From Lysobacterales bacterium (lineage in GTDB: Bacteria > Pseudomonadota > Gammaproteobacteria > Xanthomonadales > SZUA-36): DNA of 64,000 bases. The translations under genes were made by a program, and so were the position numbers. Shown in pieces: positions 32,701-41,451 of this stretch. The notes under the pieces were generated by a model. That model did no database searches, had not been told where the DNA came from, and worked only from the letters and a program-made list of their open reading frames with translations. Within the stretch, counting starts at the first letter, position 1; the number at the start of each line of letters is the position of its first letter. The stretch is taken from assembly GCA_033791845.1 (NCBI GenBank), contig JASJFX010000095.1:21855-85854 (forward strand), read 5' to 3'.

Positions 32701-35064
32701 CCGGCAGAAACCGTACTTGAGCAGGTGGACAGCGAAATTCTGGGCATCTTCCTTGAAGAGGCGACGGAGATCCTGGAGCGTTGCGATTCGCTTCTGAATA
32801 GCTGGCGCGACGATCTGCCGGATCTGGAAGTCGTCCAGAACCTGCAGCGTGAGATACATACCTTTAAAGGTGGTGCACGCATGGCTGGTGTCAACGCCCT
32901 GGGTAATCTCAGCCACTCCATGGAAACGTTACTGGAGCGTATTGCAGGCCAGTTACTGCCCCCGACCGTTTCCGCGATAGAAGTGCTGGAGCAGGGTTGC
33001 GACCGGTTGAACGTGTGGACTCAACAAGCCAGCCAGGGGGAGATACCGCAGGCCGGAGATGCGTTAAAACTGTTTAATCAACAAGTCGAAGCCCTGACCG
33101 CATTGCCCTCACAGCCTGAGGCGAAAACCGAAGCACAGGCTAAAAGTGATACTGAACCCGAAAAACTACAGGAAATACCTGATGTTGCGGTACCGGCGAG
33201 TGAACCGGAGGTCAGCGAAGAACCCACCGCGGAAACTGCAAGTTCGCAGCAAATCCGTGTCAATGCAGACTTACTTGATTCACTGGTCAATTCAGCCGGC
33301 GAAATCAGCATCTTCCGCTCACATCTTGAGCAGCAGGTCGGGCAGATACGTGACAACCTGAAGGAATTTGATGTAACCGTTTCACGTATACGGGAGCAGT
33401 TCCGCAAACTTGAAATTGAAACTGAAACCCAAATAGGTTCGGGCTATCAACAGGAAGCGACGGATGGGGCAGAAGAGTTTGATCCACTGGAAATGGATCG
33501 TTTCTCAGGCATGCAACATTTATCTCGCAGCCTGACGGAGTCTGTGTCCGACCTGTTGAATCTACAGGAGTTACTGGAAACCTCGGCGCGTAAGTCCGAA
33601 GCCCTCCTTGTACAGCAATCCCGGGTCAGCAAAGACTTGCAGGAAGGCCTGATGCAAACCCGTATGGTGCATTTCGGTACCATCGCGCCACGTCTGCGCC
33701 GGATCATCCGTACCTCGGCCAAGGAAACCAAAAAGCGGGCACGTTTGCAGTTGCGTATGACCGGTGGCGGTGACCAGCTTGACCGTAATGTACTGGAAAG
33801 GATTGTCGCGCCACTGGAACACCTGCTGAGGAACTCAATCGCACACGGTATTGAATACCCCGCAACAAGGCTGGAACTCAAGAAGCCGGAAGAGGGCCAA
33901 CTCAGCATCACCGTCGCCGCTGAAGCCACAGAGTTTGTAGTACGTGTTGAAGATGATGGTGCCGGTATAGATCTTGCGGCCATTCAAAAACGCGCCATTG
34001 AGAAAGGCTTGATGGAGAAAGACGAGGAGTGGTCACCGCAACAACTGCAGCAACTTATTCTCAACAGTGGTTTTTCCACATCCAAGACCGTCACAGCACT
34101 ATCCGGACGCGGTGTCGGTATGGACGTGGTCAATAACGAAATCAAACAGATCGGCGGCTCAATAGAGATTGATTCCGAAGAGGGCAAAGGCTGCACCTTC
34201 ACCATCCGGATACCCTTCACGCTGGCGGTCATGCAGGCTATTGGCGTAATGGCCGGTGAGCACCCCTATATGATCCCGGTGGTCAGCGTTGCCGGTGTGG
34301 CGCGTATGTTACCCGAGGATTACGAGGAGTTGCTGGTGCATGATAAACCGGCTTATGAATTTGCGGGTGAGTCTTACCCCATTCTTGACCTGGAACCGCT
34401 ACTGGGTGAACCAACGACGCCGTTGGGTGATGACACCATCTCAATCCTGATGATCAAATCCGGTGAGCAGCGTGCCGCCTTCCGGGTATCCAAGCTTCTG
34501 GGACACAAGGAAATTGTAGTCAAACCGGTTGGCCCACAAATCAACAGTGTGCCGGGTATTCTTGGTGGAACCATTACCGGTGATGGCCAGGTGATCATCA
34601 TCATCGACGCCGGACCATTGATCAGACAGGCTAAGTTGACCGGTGCGCGTCCCGCACCACCCATTGAAAACATAGATATACGGCCAAAAAGAACGCTGGC
34701 CCTGGTGGCAGATGACTCCATCACCATGCGTAAGGTGACCACCCGTGTCCTGGAGGCTTACGACATCGAAGTGATCACCGCGAGGGATGGTGTGGAGGCC
34801 ACCGAACAAATGCAGGATTGCGTACCCGACCTGTTGCTGCTTGACATCGAAATGCCCCGCATGGATGGCTACCAGGTCGCGGAGCACGTACGCGCCGATT
34901 CCAGGCTACGCAATGTGCCCATCATCATGATCACCTCCAGGGCAGGTAAGAAACATCGGGACCGGGGCAAGCAAGCCGGCGCCAATGCCTATCTTTCCAA
35001 GCCGTATAAAGAATCAGAGTTGATAGCGGAAGTGAGAAAACTGCTGCGCAAAGAGATGGAATAG
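29791..35064 (+). CDS. chpA: Multi-Hpt hybrid CheA-type histidine kinase ChpA/PilL with C-terminal receiver
   Basis: Hpt motifs FHTLKGSGRMVGA and IHTFKGGARMAGV, a dimerisation/HATPase_c region (HLLRNSIAHGIE...DDGAGID...GRGVGMDVV), a CheW-like domain, and a C-terminal REC (LVADDSITMRK...LLLLDIEMPRMDGY...YLSKPY). Confidence 0.9.
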   Translation: MLLEGSNVSTVLTWVRPDLDKHLNQIRIQVEHIANSANTGEAVENTAEHLLQLKYTFETLMLQGATIVIEEMIMVCDELRDFNVRDRQKAYGAMMDAIVVVPSYLDRLQAGHHDLPILLLPIVNELRAAYNANIVSEATLFAPSLDIPLPELETSPGEHEPAFDEPFAEFALRMRRQWESALLRWLQHQQDIELLSPLLSVCETLHHRLERMDLRRLWWIAAKVIGGLLDGVTDNDMHLRRLFARLHLNLKTLSEGGEEATELESANALSQALLFHIAQAKPGSESVDQLRERFQLQELVPDRDVLIRARGAVTGRNRELYVSLGAAVRDEFSLVKDALDLELRTGEIRPDSREQSHEALLRLTDTLKMMGLGDSSRSIEKLIPAFGVDEDPDSDPDSEQNSSKSILMELAGELIRVESVLEEQIATLGEPLLEDQETSYIDLPRHEIRRIRTHLLGETVTSLHHVQDGVRNHFKGDPDADFSTPMEQIAGAMELIGESETASLALKLRNALGNLLRHASSESAVEPGKLETVTDAVAAFELYLAGCRDHQDNRGRFFEILKERLERLPVGEMEVVKPAKAPPTPEQTGAKDSRKPDDESTLQALTIDPELLDVFLEEYETVTSMLAERIPQWVTHQENTELLAEIRRGFHTLKGSGRMVGANELGDFAWHIEELLNHLLEGSIESIKDVVTVLRLSEAALPAMKQRLQQQSSELNSAAIEALASQADNIAAGNEPDWTALGETSPPSFAALLSGDVSTMPITGQAPAGTTDKPAKPTLKELIRKELREKLAVLAGLMERISRDRHTTASDDEVIAIHTIVGTTAQEPLGRESDIAKTLEGFLEAQRQSGKAFSDNAMWTVATSLAHFEACLAVHEEDPEAELTTDEESQIKQLIALTVEYEVPQPAQEEPEPEVEASESEPAAETTEASEEHSEPEPEVEASESEPVAETTEANEEHSEPEQEEDQEDLPAETVLEQVDSEILGIFLEEATEILERCDSLLNSWRDDLPDLEVVQNLQREIHTFKGGARMAGVNALGNLSHSMETLLERIAGQLLPPTVSAIEVLEQGCDRLNVWTQQASQGEIPQAGDALKLFNQQVEALTALPSQPEAKTEAQAKSDTEPEKLQEIPDVAVPASEPEVSEEPTAETASSQQIRVNADLLDSLVNSAGEISIFRSHLEQQVGQIRDNLKEFDVTVSRIREQFRKLEIETETQIGSGYQQEATDGAEEFDPLEMDRFSGMQHLSRSLTESVSDLLNLQELLETSARKSEALLVQQSRVSKDLQEGLMQTRMVHFGTIAPRLRRIIRTSAKETKKRARLQLRMTGGGDQLDRNVLERIVAPLEHLLRNSIAHGIEYPATRLELKKPEEGQLSITVAAEATEFVVRVEDDGAGIDLAAIQKRAIEKGLMEKDEEWSPQQLQQLILNSGFSTSKTVTALSGRGVGMDVVNNEIKQIGGSIEIDSEEGKGCTFTIRIPFTLAVMQAIGVMAGEHPYMIPVVSVAGVARMLPEDYEELLVHDKPAYEFAGESYPILDLEPLLGEPTTPLGDDTISILMIKSGEQRAAFRVSKLLGHKEIVVKPVGPQINSVPGILGGTITGDGQVIIIIDAGPLIRQAKLTGARPAPPIENIDIRPKRTLALVADDSITMRKVTTRVLEAYDIEVITARDGVEATEQMQDCVPDLLLLDIEMPRMDGYQVAEHVRADSRLRNVPIIMITSRAGKKHRDRGKQAGANAYLSKPYKESELIAEVRKLLRKEME
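32518..32680 (+). repeat. 75-bp (25-aa) acidic tandem repeat, about 2.2 copies, in a ChpA interdomain linker
   Basis: EPEPEVEASESEP[AV]AETTEA[SN]EEHS occurs twice, then a partial EPEQ. The DNA copies at 32518-32592 and 32593-32667 are nearly identical. Confidence 0.85.
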
Positions 35065-35065
35065 A

Positions 35066-35527
35066 ATGGCAAACGAAGAAATCCGTACAATCCTGGCACC
35101 ACTGACAGACAGTTACGTCATGCTGCCCAACAGTACAGTGGGTGAGATATTGGAATTCACTTCACCCGAAACCTTCAAACAAGGCCCTGTTTGGTTGCTG
35201 GGTGAGATAGCCTGGAATGGCTGGCAGGTGCCAGTGATCAATTACGAGCTTATGCTAAAAGGCAGCAGCGGTGCGAAGATCACTTCAAAATCCCGTATCC
35301 TGGTCGTCAAAACCCTGGGAGAATCGACCCAGGTCAATTACATCGGCCTGGTTATTCAGGGCTTGCCCAAGCTCAAAAAAGCACGTGCTGAAACGCTGAT
35401 TGAAAATGAGGTTGATAAGCTACCTGACACTGTATTCAGTGAGGTAGCTATTGATGGGCTTAGAGCAATCATACCGGATCTGGGTGACCTTACACGTACT
35501 GTTGTGCTGGCTGCTTACAGTAACTAA
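35066..35527 (+). CDS. chpC: CheW-like protein ChpC
   Basis: 153-aa CheW-like fold (VMLPNSTVGEILEF...WLLGEIAWNGWQVPVINYE), immediately after chpA with a 1-nt gap. Confidence 0.75.
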   Translation: MANEEIRTILAPLTDSYVMLPNSTVGEILEFTSPETFKQGPVWLLGEIAWNGWQVPVINYELMLKGSSGAKITSKSRILVVKTLGESTQVNYIGLVIQGLPKLKKARAETLIENEVDKLPDTVFSEVAIDGLRAIIPDLGDLTRTVVLAAYSN

Positions 35528-35605
35528 CCCGCCCCTCGAGCCATACTGGTGAGATATGCGGACTAAAGCAGAAACCGTAATTGGATCTATCCCTGTCTGA
35601 GCCGT

Positions 35606-36334
35606 CTAAAAGCCACCGGTTTTTGCCTGCAGTACTGCGATAGCCGCGGGACCCGCTGTTTCAGTTCGTAACACCCGGGGGCCCAATGACACCGGCATAA
35701 CGTCGTTTACACGGGCTTTGGCCATTTCTTCATCGCTAAAACCTCCTTCGGGCCCAACCAGGATGGAGATGGAATCCTGGGTAACAGACAAATCGGAAAG
35801 TCTGTTCTCAGCCATTGGATCAAGCACCAAGCGCGGCGACTCAACCGTGCTTGTCAGCCACTCATACAGGGAAAGAGGTGTCTTTACTTCAGGAACCAGC
35901 GCACGTCCACTTTGTTCACACGCCGAAATGACAACACCCTGCCAGTGCGCCATGCGTTTGGCTTGCCTGGTTTCATCCAGACGCACTTCAACCCGCTGAC
36001 TTTTCAGTGGTTGAATACTGAACACACCCAGTTCCGTGGCCTTCTGCAATACATAATCCATTCGTTCGCCCCGGCAGATGGCTTGTACCAGGTCTATTTT
36101 CAGGGGTGATTCAGTGGCGGGGTTTTTACTGTCCAAAACCCGGACCCGTACACATTTATTGCGGATCTCCGAAATTTCTGCCGAATAGTCTCTGCCATCG
36201 CCATTAAAGAGTATCAAGGGATCACCTTCCGACAACCTCAACACACGTGTCAGGTAATGACTGGCCGGCCCCTCCAGTTCGACACTGTTTGCCGGCAGCA
36301 GCGCTTGCGACGTGTAGATGCGTGACTGACGCAT
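35606..36334 (-). CDS. rsmE: 16S rRNA (uracil1498-N3)-methyltransferase
   Basis: MRQSRIYTSQ...HYLTRVLRLSEGD...VGPEGGFSDEE...LGPRVLRTETA. Confidence 0.88.
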   Translation of the reverse strand: MRQSRIYTSQALLPANSVELEGPASHYLTRVLRLSEGDPLILFNGDGRDYSAEISEIRNKCVRVRVLDSKNPATESPLKIDLVQAICRGERMDYVLQKATELGVFSIQPLKSQRVEVRLDETRQAKRMAHWQGVVISACEQSGRALVPEVKTPLSLYEWLTSTVESPRLVLDPMAENRLSDLSVTQDSISILVGPEGGFSDEEMAKARVNDVMPVSLGPRVLRTETAGPAAIAVLQAKTGGF

Positions 36335-36343
36335 GGGCGCGGA

Positions 36344-37741
36344 CTAATCCCTGGTCGCCAGATCGATACCGGCCATGGCAACTTCTGCCATCAGCTTTAT
36401 CTCTTCGGAGTTGATGACATAGGGAGGCATAAAATAAACAACGTTACCTATTGGCCGAAGCAATATTCCTTGCGCCATTGCATACTGGTACACCTGCATG
36501 CCACGCCGTTGTTTCCAGTCGTACTGAATCATTGGTTCTCGCTGCGCCACCATCTCTATCGCCAGTATCATACCCGTTTGACGTATATCACCCACGTGGG
36601 CATGATCGTGCATGGGTGAGACTGCCTCCAGCTTCTGCGCGGCCAGCAGGCGGTTGTCGGCCAGCACATCACGCTGCTCGAATAACTCCATGGTCGCCAG
36701 AGCCGCCGCACATGCCAGTGCGTTACCGGTATAGCTGTGCGAATGCAAAAAACCTCTCAGCGTTGTGTACTCGTCATAAAATGCTTCATAGACCGTTTGA
36801 CTGGTCATCACAGCCGACATCGGTAAATAACCACCCGTTAATCCCTTGGAAAGACACATGAAATCCGGCGCTATACCACCCTGCTCACAGGCAAACATAC
36901 TACCGGTTCTGCCAAAACCCACGGCAATCTCATCCGCGATCAAATGGATTCGGAATTCGTCACACAATGCACGTAAACCGGTCAGGTAGGAAGGCGGATA
37001 CATACGCATGCCGCCGGCACACTGAACCAGGGGCTCGATAATGACCGCAGATATTTCACCTTCATGGTTCGCAAATATTTCACGCATTTCAACCAGCTTT
37101 TCGGCGGCATGTGCATCCCATTGTTCCCGGGGCAAGGCAAAACAATCCGGACTGGGCGCCACCAATGGCACCATTAACAGGGGTTCGTAGGCCGCCTTGA
37201 ACAGACCGGCATCACCGACACTTAATGCGCCCAGCGTATCGCCATGGTAACTGTTGGACAAAGTCACAAAACGCACACGGCCCTGCTCACCGATATTGCG
37301 CCAATAATGGAAACTCATTTTCAGTGATATTTCGACAGCTGAAGAACCGCTATCCGCAAAAAATACCCGCTCAAGACCAAGTGGTGTGATCTCAACCAGT
37401 TTTTCCGCCAGGCACACTGCCGGTTCATGGGTAACCCCTGCCAGGATGACGTGTTCAAGGCGGTTGGCCTGTTCATTGACCGCGGCACTGATATGCGGAT
37501 TGGCGTGACCAAACAGGTTAACCCACCACGAACTGATGGCATCGATATAGCGCTTACCTTCCATATCTTCGAGCCAGACACCCTGCCCACTTTTGACCGG
37601 CAGTAATTGCAACCACTCGTGATCTTTCATCTGCGTCGTGGGATGCCATAGCACATTGAGATCACGCTGACGGATTTCTTCGTTCTTACCCAAACCTGTG
37701 TTCCTTTTCAGTACGGAGCAATGCCGCGAGTCTGGTATCAT
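36344..37741 (-). CDS. bioA: Adenosylmethionine-8-amino-7-oxononanoate aminotransferase; start uncertain (ATG 37741, or TTG 37693 behind an AAGGAA)
   Basis: LWHPTTQMKD...SSWWVNLFGHANP...DEIAVGFGRTGSMFA...LSKGLTGGYLPMSAV matches the class III aminotransferase / BioA pattern. Confidence 0.85.
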   Translation of the reverse strand: MIPDSRHCSVLKRNTGLGKNEEIRQRDLNVLWHPTTQMKDHEWLQLLPVKSGQGVWLEDMEGKRYIDAISSWWVNLFGHANPHISAAVNEQANRLEHVILAGVTHEPAVCLAEKLVEITPLGLERVFFADSGSSAVEISLKMSFHYWRNIGEQGRVRFVTLSNSYHGDTLGALSVGDAGLFKAAYEPLLMVPLVAPSPDCFALPREQWDAHAAEKLVEMREIFANHEGEISAVIIEPLVQCAGGMRMYPPSYLTGLRALCDEFRIHLIADEIAVGFGRTGSMFACEQGGIAPDFMCLSKGLTGGYLPMSAVMTSQTVYEAFYDEYTTLRGFLHSHSYTGNALACAAALATMELFEQRDVLADNRLLAAQKLEAVSPMHDHAHVGDIRQTGMILAIEMVAQREPMIQYDWKQRRGMQVYQYAMAQGILLRPIGNVVYFMPPYVINSEEIKLMAEVAMAGIDLATRD

Positions 37742-37835
37742 GGGCAGTCGCGGTCCGCCATGCAAGTCGCGTTGGAGATCATTTCAAATTTTCAATCCAA
37801 TGATTAACTGACAATCAAATCACGTCGAAAACACT

Positions 37836-38615
37836 ATGACCGAAACACATATAGAAGAATTCCTGGCAGTTGCCTTACAGGCCGCAGCAAGTGCGCGCGA
37901 ACTGATCCTGTCTTATTACAACGGCGAATTTGATATTGAGATCAAATCCGACCAGACACCGGTCACGGTTGCCGATCGTGGCGCAGAACACGTCATTCGC
38001 AGAACCATCCAGGAGGCTTTTCCCGACCATGGTATTTTTGGCGAAGAATACGGTGCGGAAAACAAAGACACAGAATACCTGTGGCTGGTCGATCCCATAG
38101 ACGGCACCAAGAGCTTTGTGAAACGTTACGGCATGTTCTCTACCCAGATTGCATTGATGCACAATGGCGAACTGATACTCGGTGTTTCCTGCGCCCCGGC
38201 GATGGATGAACTGGTCTGGGCGACACGTGGCGGCGGTGCCTTCAATGAAGAAGGGGCATTACATATAAGCAAGGTAGTCAGCATCGAGGAGGCAAGCATT
38301 TCCACCGGCAATATTCAAAGCCTTGCCGCAAGTAAGCACTGGACTACACTTGGCCGGATTCTCGCACGCACCAACCGCACACGTGGTTATGGTGACTATT
38401 ATCATTACCACCGGCTGGCGGCCGGGCAACTGGATGCAGTTATCGAGTCTGATGTCAATATCCTCGACATCGCCGCACTTTACGTCATCGTCACCGAAGC
38501 GGGTGGTCTGTTTACCGATCTCGATGGCAGGACACCCGATCTGGATACACGTTCTGTGCTGGCGGCGACCCCGGCCCTGCATGCCACCTTGTCAACCGAA
38601 CTGAACCAGATCTGA
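37836..38615 (+). CDS. Inositol monophosphatase family protein (possibly histidinol-phosphatase HisN-like)
   Basis: PVTVADRGAE...FGEE...WLVDPIDGTKSF...GDYY motifs. Confidence 0.75.
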   Translation: MTETHIEEFLAVALQAAASARELILSYYNGEFDIEIKSDQTPVTVADRGAEHVIRRTIQEAFPDHGIFGEEYGAENKDTEYLWLVDPIDGTKSFVKRYGMFSTQIALMHNGELILGVSCAPAMDELVWATRGGGAFNEEGALHISKVVSIEEASISTGNIQSLAASKHWTTLGRILARTNRTRGYGDYYHYHRLAAGQLDAVIESDVNILDIAALYVIVTEAGGLFTDLDGRTPDLDTRSVLAATPALHATLSTELNQI

Positions 38616-38620
38616 CCCGC

Positions 38621-39172
38621 ATGGCGAAGCTTCCCAAGGTTCACACGAGACGGGAACATGATCCCGGCAAATTATTCAAAGTCGAAAAAGTCGATCTTGA
38701 ATTCAGCAACGGTGTAAAACGCACCTATGAGCGACTCCTTTCTCATGGTCTGGGTGCGGTGATCGTTGTAGCCATGCGTGATGATGATACGGTTTTGCTC
38801 GTCAGCGAATACGCAGCCGGTCTGCACCATTATGAACTGGGACTGGTGAAAGGCCGGCTTGAGCCGGGTGAAACCGTGTTGGAAGGCGCCCTAAGAGAAC
38901 TCAAAGAAGAGATCGGGTTTGCTGCACATGACCTGCTTGAATTGACTTCGTTGAGCCTTGCCCCAGGTTATATGACACACATCACACACGTGGTACTGGC
39001 CAGGAACCTCTACCCCGAAAAGCTGCAAGGGGACGAGCCCGAAGAACTGGAAATCGTACCCTGGCAATTGTCCGATCTTCACACACTGGTGCAAAGACCG
39101 GACTGCACTGAGGGCCGCAGTATCGCTGCCCTGTACATCGCCAGAGACTACATGCTGAAGGAAAAAGAATAA
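38621..39172 (+). CDS. nudE: ADP compounds hydrolase NudE (NUDIX)
   Basis: VEKVDLEFSNGVKRTYERL...YELGLVKGRLEPGETVLEGALRELKEEIGF...LYPEKLQGDEPE aligns by eye with E. coli NudE. Confidence 0.85.
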   Translation: MAKLPKVHTRREHDPGKLFKVEKVDLEFSNGVKRTYERLLSHGLGAVIVVAMRDDDTVLLVSEYAAGLHHYELGLVKGRLEPGETVLEGALRELKEEIGFAAHDLLELTSLSLAPGYMTHITHVVLARNLYPEKLQGDEPEELEIVPWQLSDLHTLVQRPDCTEGRSIAALYIARDYMLKEKE

Positions 39173-39984
39173 TGTCAGAACTGAACCCAGGGAGAGTTCT
39201 TGAACAACTGGTGGACATCAGCCGTCGTGCAGGTTTAGCCATACTGGAATGGTACGAAGGTGATATGGGCATCACACGAAAATCCGATGACTCACCACTG
39301 ACAAAGGCCGATCTCGCCAGCCATGAATTGATCCAGGCAGAGCTCTCAAGCCGATGGCCTGATATTCCGGTTTTGTCGGAAGAGTCCGCGGATATCCCGT
39401 GGCAAACCCGCCGGAACTGGAAACAGTACTGGCTGGTTGACCCGCTCGACGGCACCAAGGAATTCATCAACCACAATGGTGAATTTACTGTCAATATCGC
39501 CCTGATACGCGGTCACCGGCCTGTTATGGGTATCGTGCATGTACCGGTGACTGATACGAGCTATTACGGCGCTCAGGATTTTGGTGCATGGTGCCAGCAA
39601 GGCACAGCCGAAGCCCGGTCCATACGGGCCAGACGTCCCGCTACACAACCCGCAATAATCGTTGGAAGCCGTTCACATGCCAATCCTGAACTCGAGAGCC
39701 AGTTGCAACAGCTTGGTGAACATGAACTGGTCAGCATGGGTAGTTCACTTAAGTTTTGTCGCATAGCGGAAGGCCTGGCTGACTTTTACCCGCGTACCGG
39801 CCCGACTTGTGAGTGGGATACAGCAGCTGCGCAAGCTGTGGTCGAGGCCGCAGGTGGTCAGGTTGTAAAAGTCGATGGTTCTGCATTGAGTTACAACACC
39901 AAGGAAGTCTATTTAAACCCTTATTTTTTCGTTTTTGGTGACCCGGCAAAGGAGTGGCTGCGCCCATTTCAAAATTTGGATTGA
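39172..39984 (+). CDS. cysQ: 3'(2'),5'-bisphosphate nucleotidase
   Basis: KSDDSPLTKADLASH...LSEE...YWLVDPLDGTKEF...WDTAAAQAV. Its start overlaps the nudE stop. Confidence 0.88.
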   Translation: MSELNPGRVLEQLVDISRRAGLAILEWYEGDMGITRKSDDSPLTKADLASHELIQAELSSRWPDIPVLSEESADIPWQTRRNWKQYWLVDPLDGTKEFINHNGEFTVNIALIRGHRPVMGIVHVPVTDTSYYGAQDFGAWCQQGTAEARSIRARRPATQPAIIVGSRSHANPELESQLQQLGEHELVSMGSSLKFCRIAEGLADFYPRTGPTCEWDTAAAQAVVEAAGGQVVKVDGSALSYNTKEVYLNPYFFVFGDPAKEWLRPFQNLD

Positions 39985-40166
39985 GCCTGCGATTTAAAGT
40001 TTTTGCGGATCAACACTTAAAGAAAAAATATAAAAAACAACTGGTGTGATTCATGTTGCGGTCGGGATTGCCCGCTTGCTGAAACATAAAATTGCTTGAA
40101 TACTATTCGCTTACGGTGACATACTCATCCTTACAGAGAAGTTACCTGACAAATGGGGAGGTCATT

Positions 40167-40865
40167 TTGGGTGCAATTCTGATCGGTATTCTTGAAGATG
40201 ATTTGGATCAGTCAGCGTTACTTGAGGTTTGGCTTGAAGACGCCGGATTCAAGACACGTGTGTTCGCCTCGGGTCCGGAATTCATACGCGCCGTTCAGCA
40301 GGAATGCTTCGATTTAATGCTGCTGGACTGGAACCTTCCTGAAATGAGTGGACTGGAGGTACTGGAATGGGTGCGTCACAATATCCAGAATCATATACCG
40401 GTACTTTTTCTGACCACCCGCGGGGAAGAACAGCATGTTGTGGCTGCACTTGAAGCCGGGGCTGATGACTACGTCAGTAAGCCGGCGCGCCCACAGGAAC
40501 TAGTGGCACGCATCCGTTCCCTGGCACGGCGTAGCGGTCTGGTTGAACCGGAACGCAGCAATATCGAAATCGATGGTTATTGTCTTGACCGGAAAGCCAT
40601 AACAATCAGCATGGATGGTCAGGACATCACCATGACACGACGGGAATTTGAACTCGCCTGGATGCTGTTCGATAACCTCGACAAGATCCTCTCCAGGGAA
40701 TACCTGCTCAGACACATCTGGAATATCGGTGCGGCAGTCAAGTCCCGCACCGTTGACACGCATATCAGTCGCGTGCGCAGCAAACTTAATCTCCGGCCCG
40801 AGAACGGCTGGCGACTTTCATCTGTTTATCATTACGGCTACCGATTGGAACAGGTTGACCGTTAA
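40167..40865 (+). CDS. OmpR/PhoB-family response regulator (REC + winged helix). A TTG start at 40167 behind GGGGAGG is preferred over the TTG at 40092
   Basis: ILEDDLD...LMLLDWNLPEMSG...DDYVSKP; winged-helix region TRREFELAWMLFDNLDKILSREYLL...RTVDTHISRVRSKL...GYRL. Confidence 0.85.
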   Translation: MGAILIGILEDDLDQSALLEVWLEDAGFKTRVFASGPEFIRAVQQECFDLMLLDWNLPEMSGLEVLEWVRHNIQNHIPVLFLTTRGEEQHVVAALEAGADDYVSKPARPQELVARIRSLARRSGLVEPERSNIEIDGYCLDRKAITISMDGQDITMTRREFELAWMLFDNLDKILSREYLLRHIWNIGAAVKSRTVDTHISRVRSKLNLRPENGWRLSSVYHYGYRLEQVDR

Positions 40866-40881
40866 GTCTCGAGGAAACACC

Positions 40882-41421
40882 ATGGCTACGAAAAAAGAAG
40901 ATACTGAACAAATCCAACCAGCACCTGACAATGTCGACCAAATACGTGAAATTCTGTTTGGTAACCAGATTCGCGCCGTCGACGAGCGTTTCGGGGCAGT
41001 CGAAAAACGAATGTCCAGGGAAAGCGAGAACCTGAGGAAGACACTCGAGAAACGCATTCACGAGTTGGAAAAACTGCTTGATCAATTCCGCGACAATGCG
41101 GGTGATCAACTCAATCGTGAGAGTGCAGAGCGTGACGCAAGCCTCAATGAAGTAACAAAATCGCTGGCAGCGTTTCGTCTCGACGCCGAGAATCAACTTG
41201 CCGAAATGCAGTCGGATTTCAATACCGAGATCAAGCAATTCCGGAAGGAGTTGCTCGCAGCACAGAATTCCCTGATGGCGGGTTTGGCCTCGCTGCAAGC
41301 ATCGCAAACTGAACGCTCCGATCAACTTGATGAAAGCAAGGTCGATCGCGGCGAGTTGGCGGGGTTTCTGTCAGACATTGCAAATCAACTGACACCCTCC
41401 AAAAAAAAGCGTAGTAAATAG
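40882..41421 (+). CDS. 179-aa acidic coiled-coil protein, unknown function
   Basis: ATG at 40882 sits behind GAGGAAA, 17 nt after the regulator's stop. The protein is rich in heptad-like E/K/L/Q sequence. Its N-terminal motif ILFGNQIRAVDERFGAVEKR recurs in the next gene product. The ORF-track N-terminal extension (40648-40881) overlaps the regulator gene and is rejected. Confidence 0.6.
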   Translation: MATKKEDTEQIQPAPDNVDQIREILFGNQIRAVDERFGAVEKRMSRESENLRKTLEKRIHELEKLLDQFRDNAGDQLNRESAERDASLNEVTKSLAAFRLDAENQLAEMQSDFNTEIKQFRKELLAAQNSLMAGLASLQASQTERSDQLDESKVDRGELAGFLSDIANQLTPSKKKRSK

Positions 41422-41451
41422 ACCCGGCTCCTAGCCGGCTGAGGTGTCAGT

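Noticed and set aside
32388-32921. 177-aa Ser-rich minus-strand ORF inside chpA
   Set aside because: It is the antisense image of the Glu-rich acidic linker repeat (GAA/GAG codons read as TTC/CTC).
40648-40881. N-terminal extension of the coiled-coil ORF (257-aa version in the ORF track)
   Set aside because: The extension overlaps the response-regulator gene out of frame and is Ser/Pro/Arg-rich. A proper GAGGAAA N7 ATG start exists at 40882, just after the regulator's stop.
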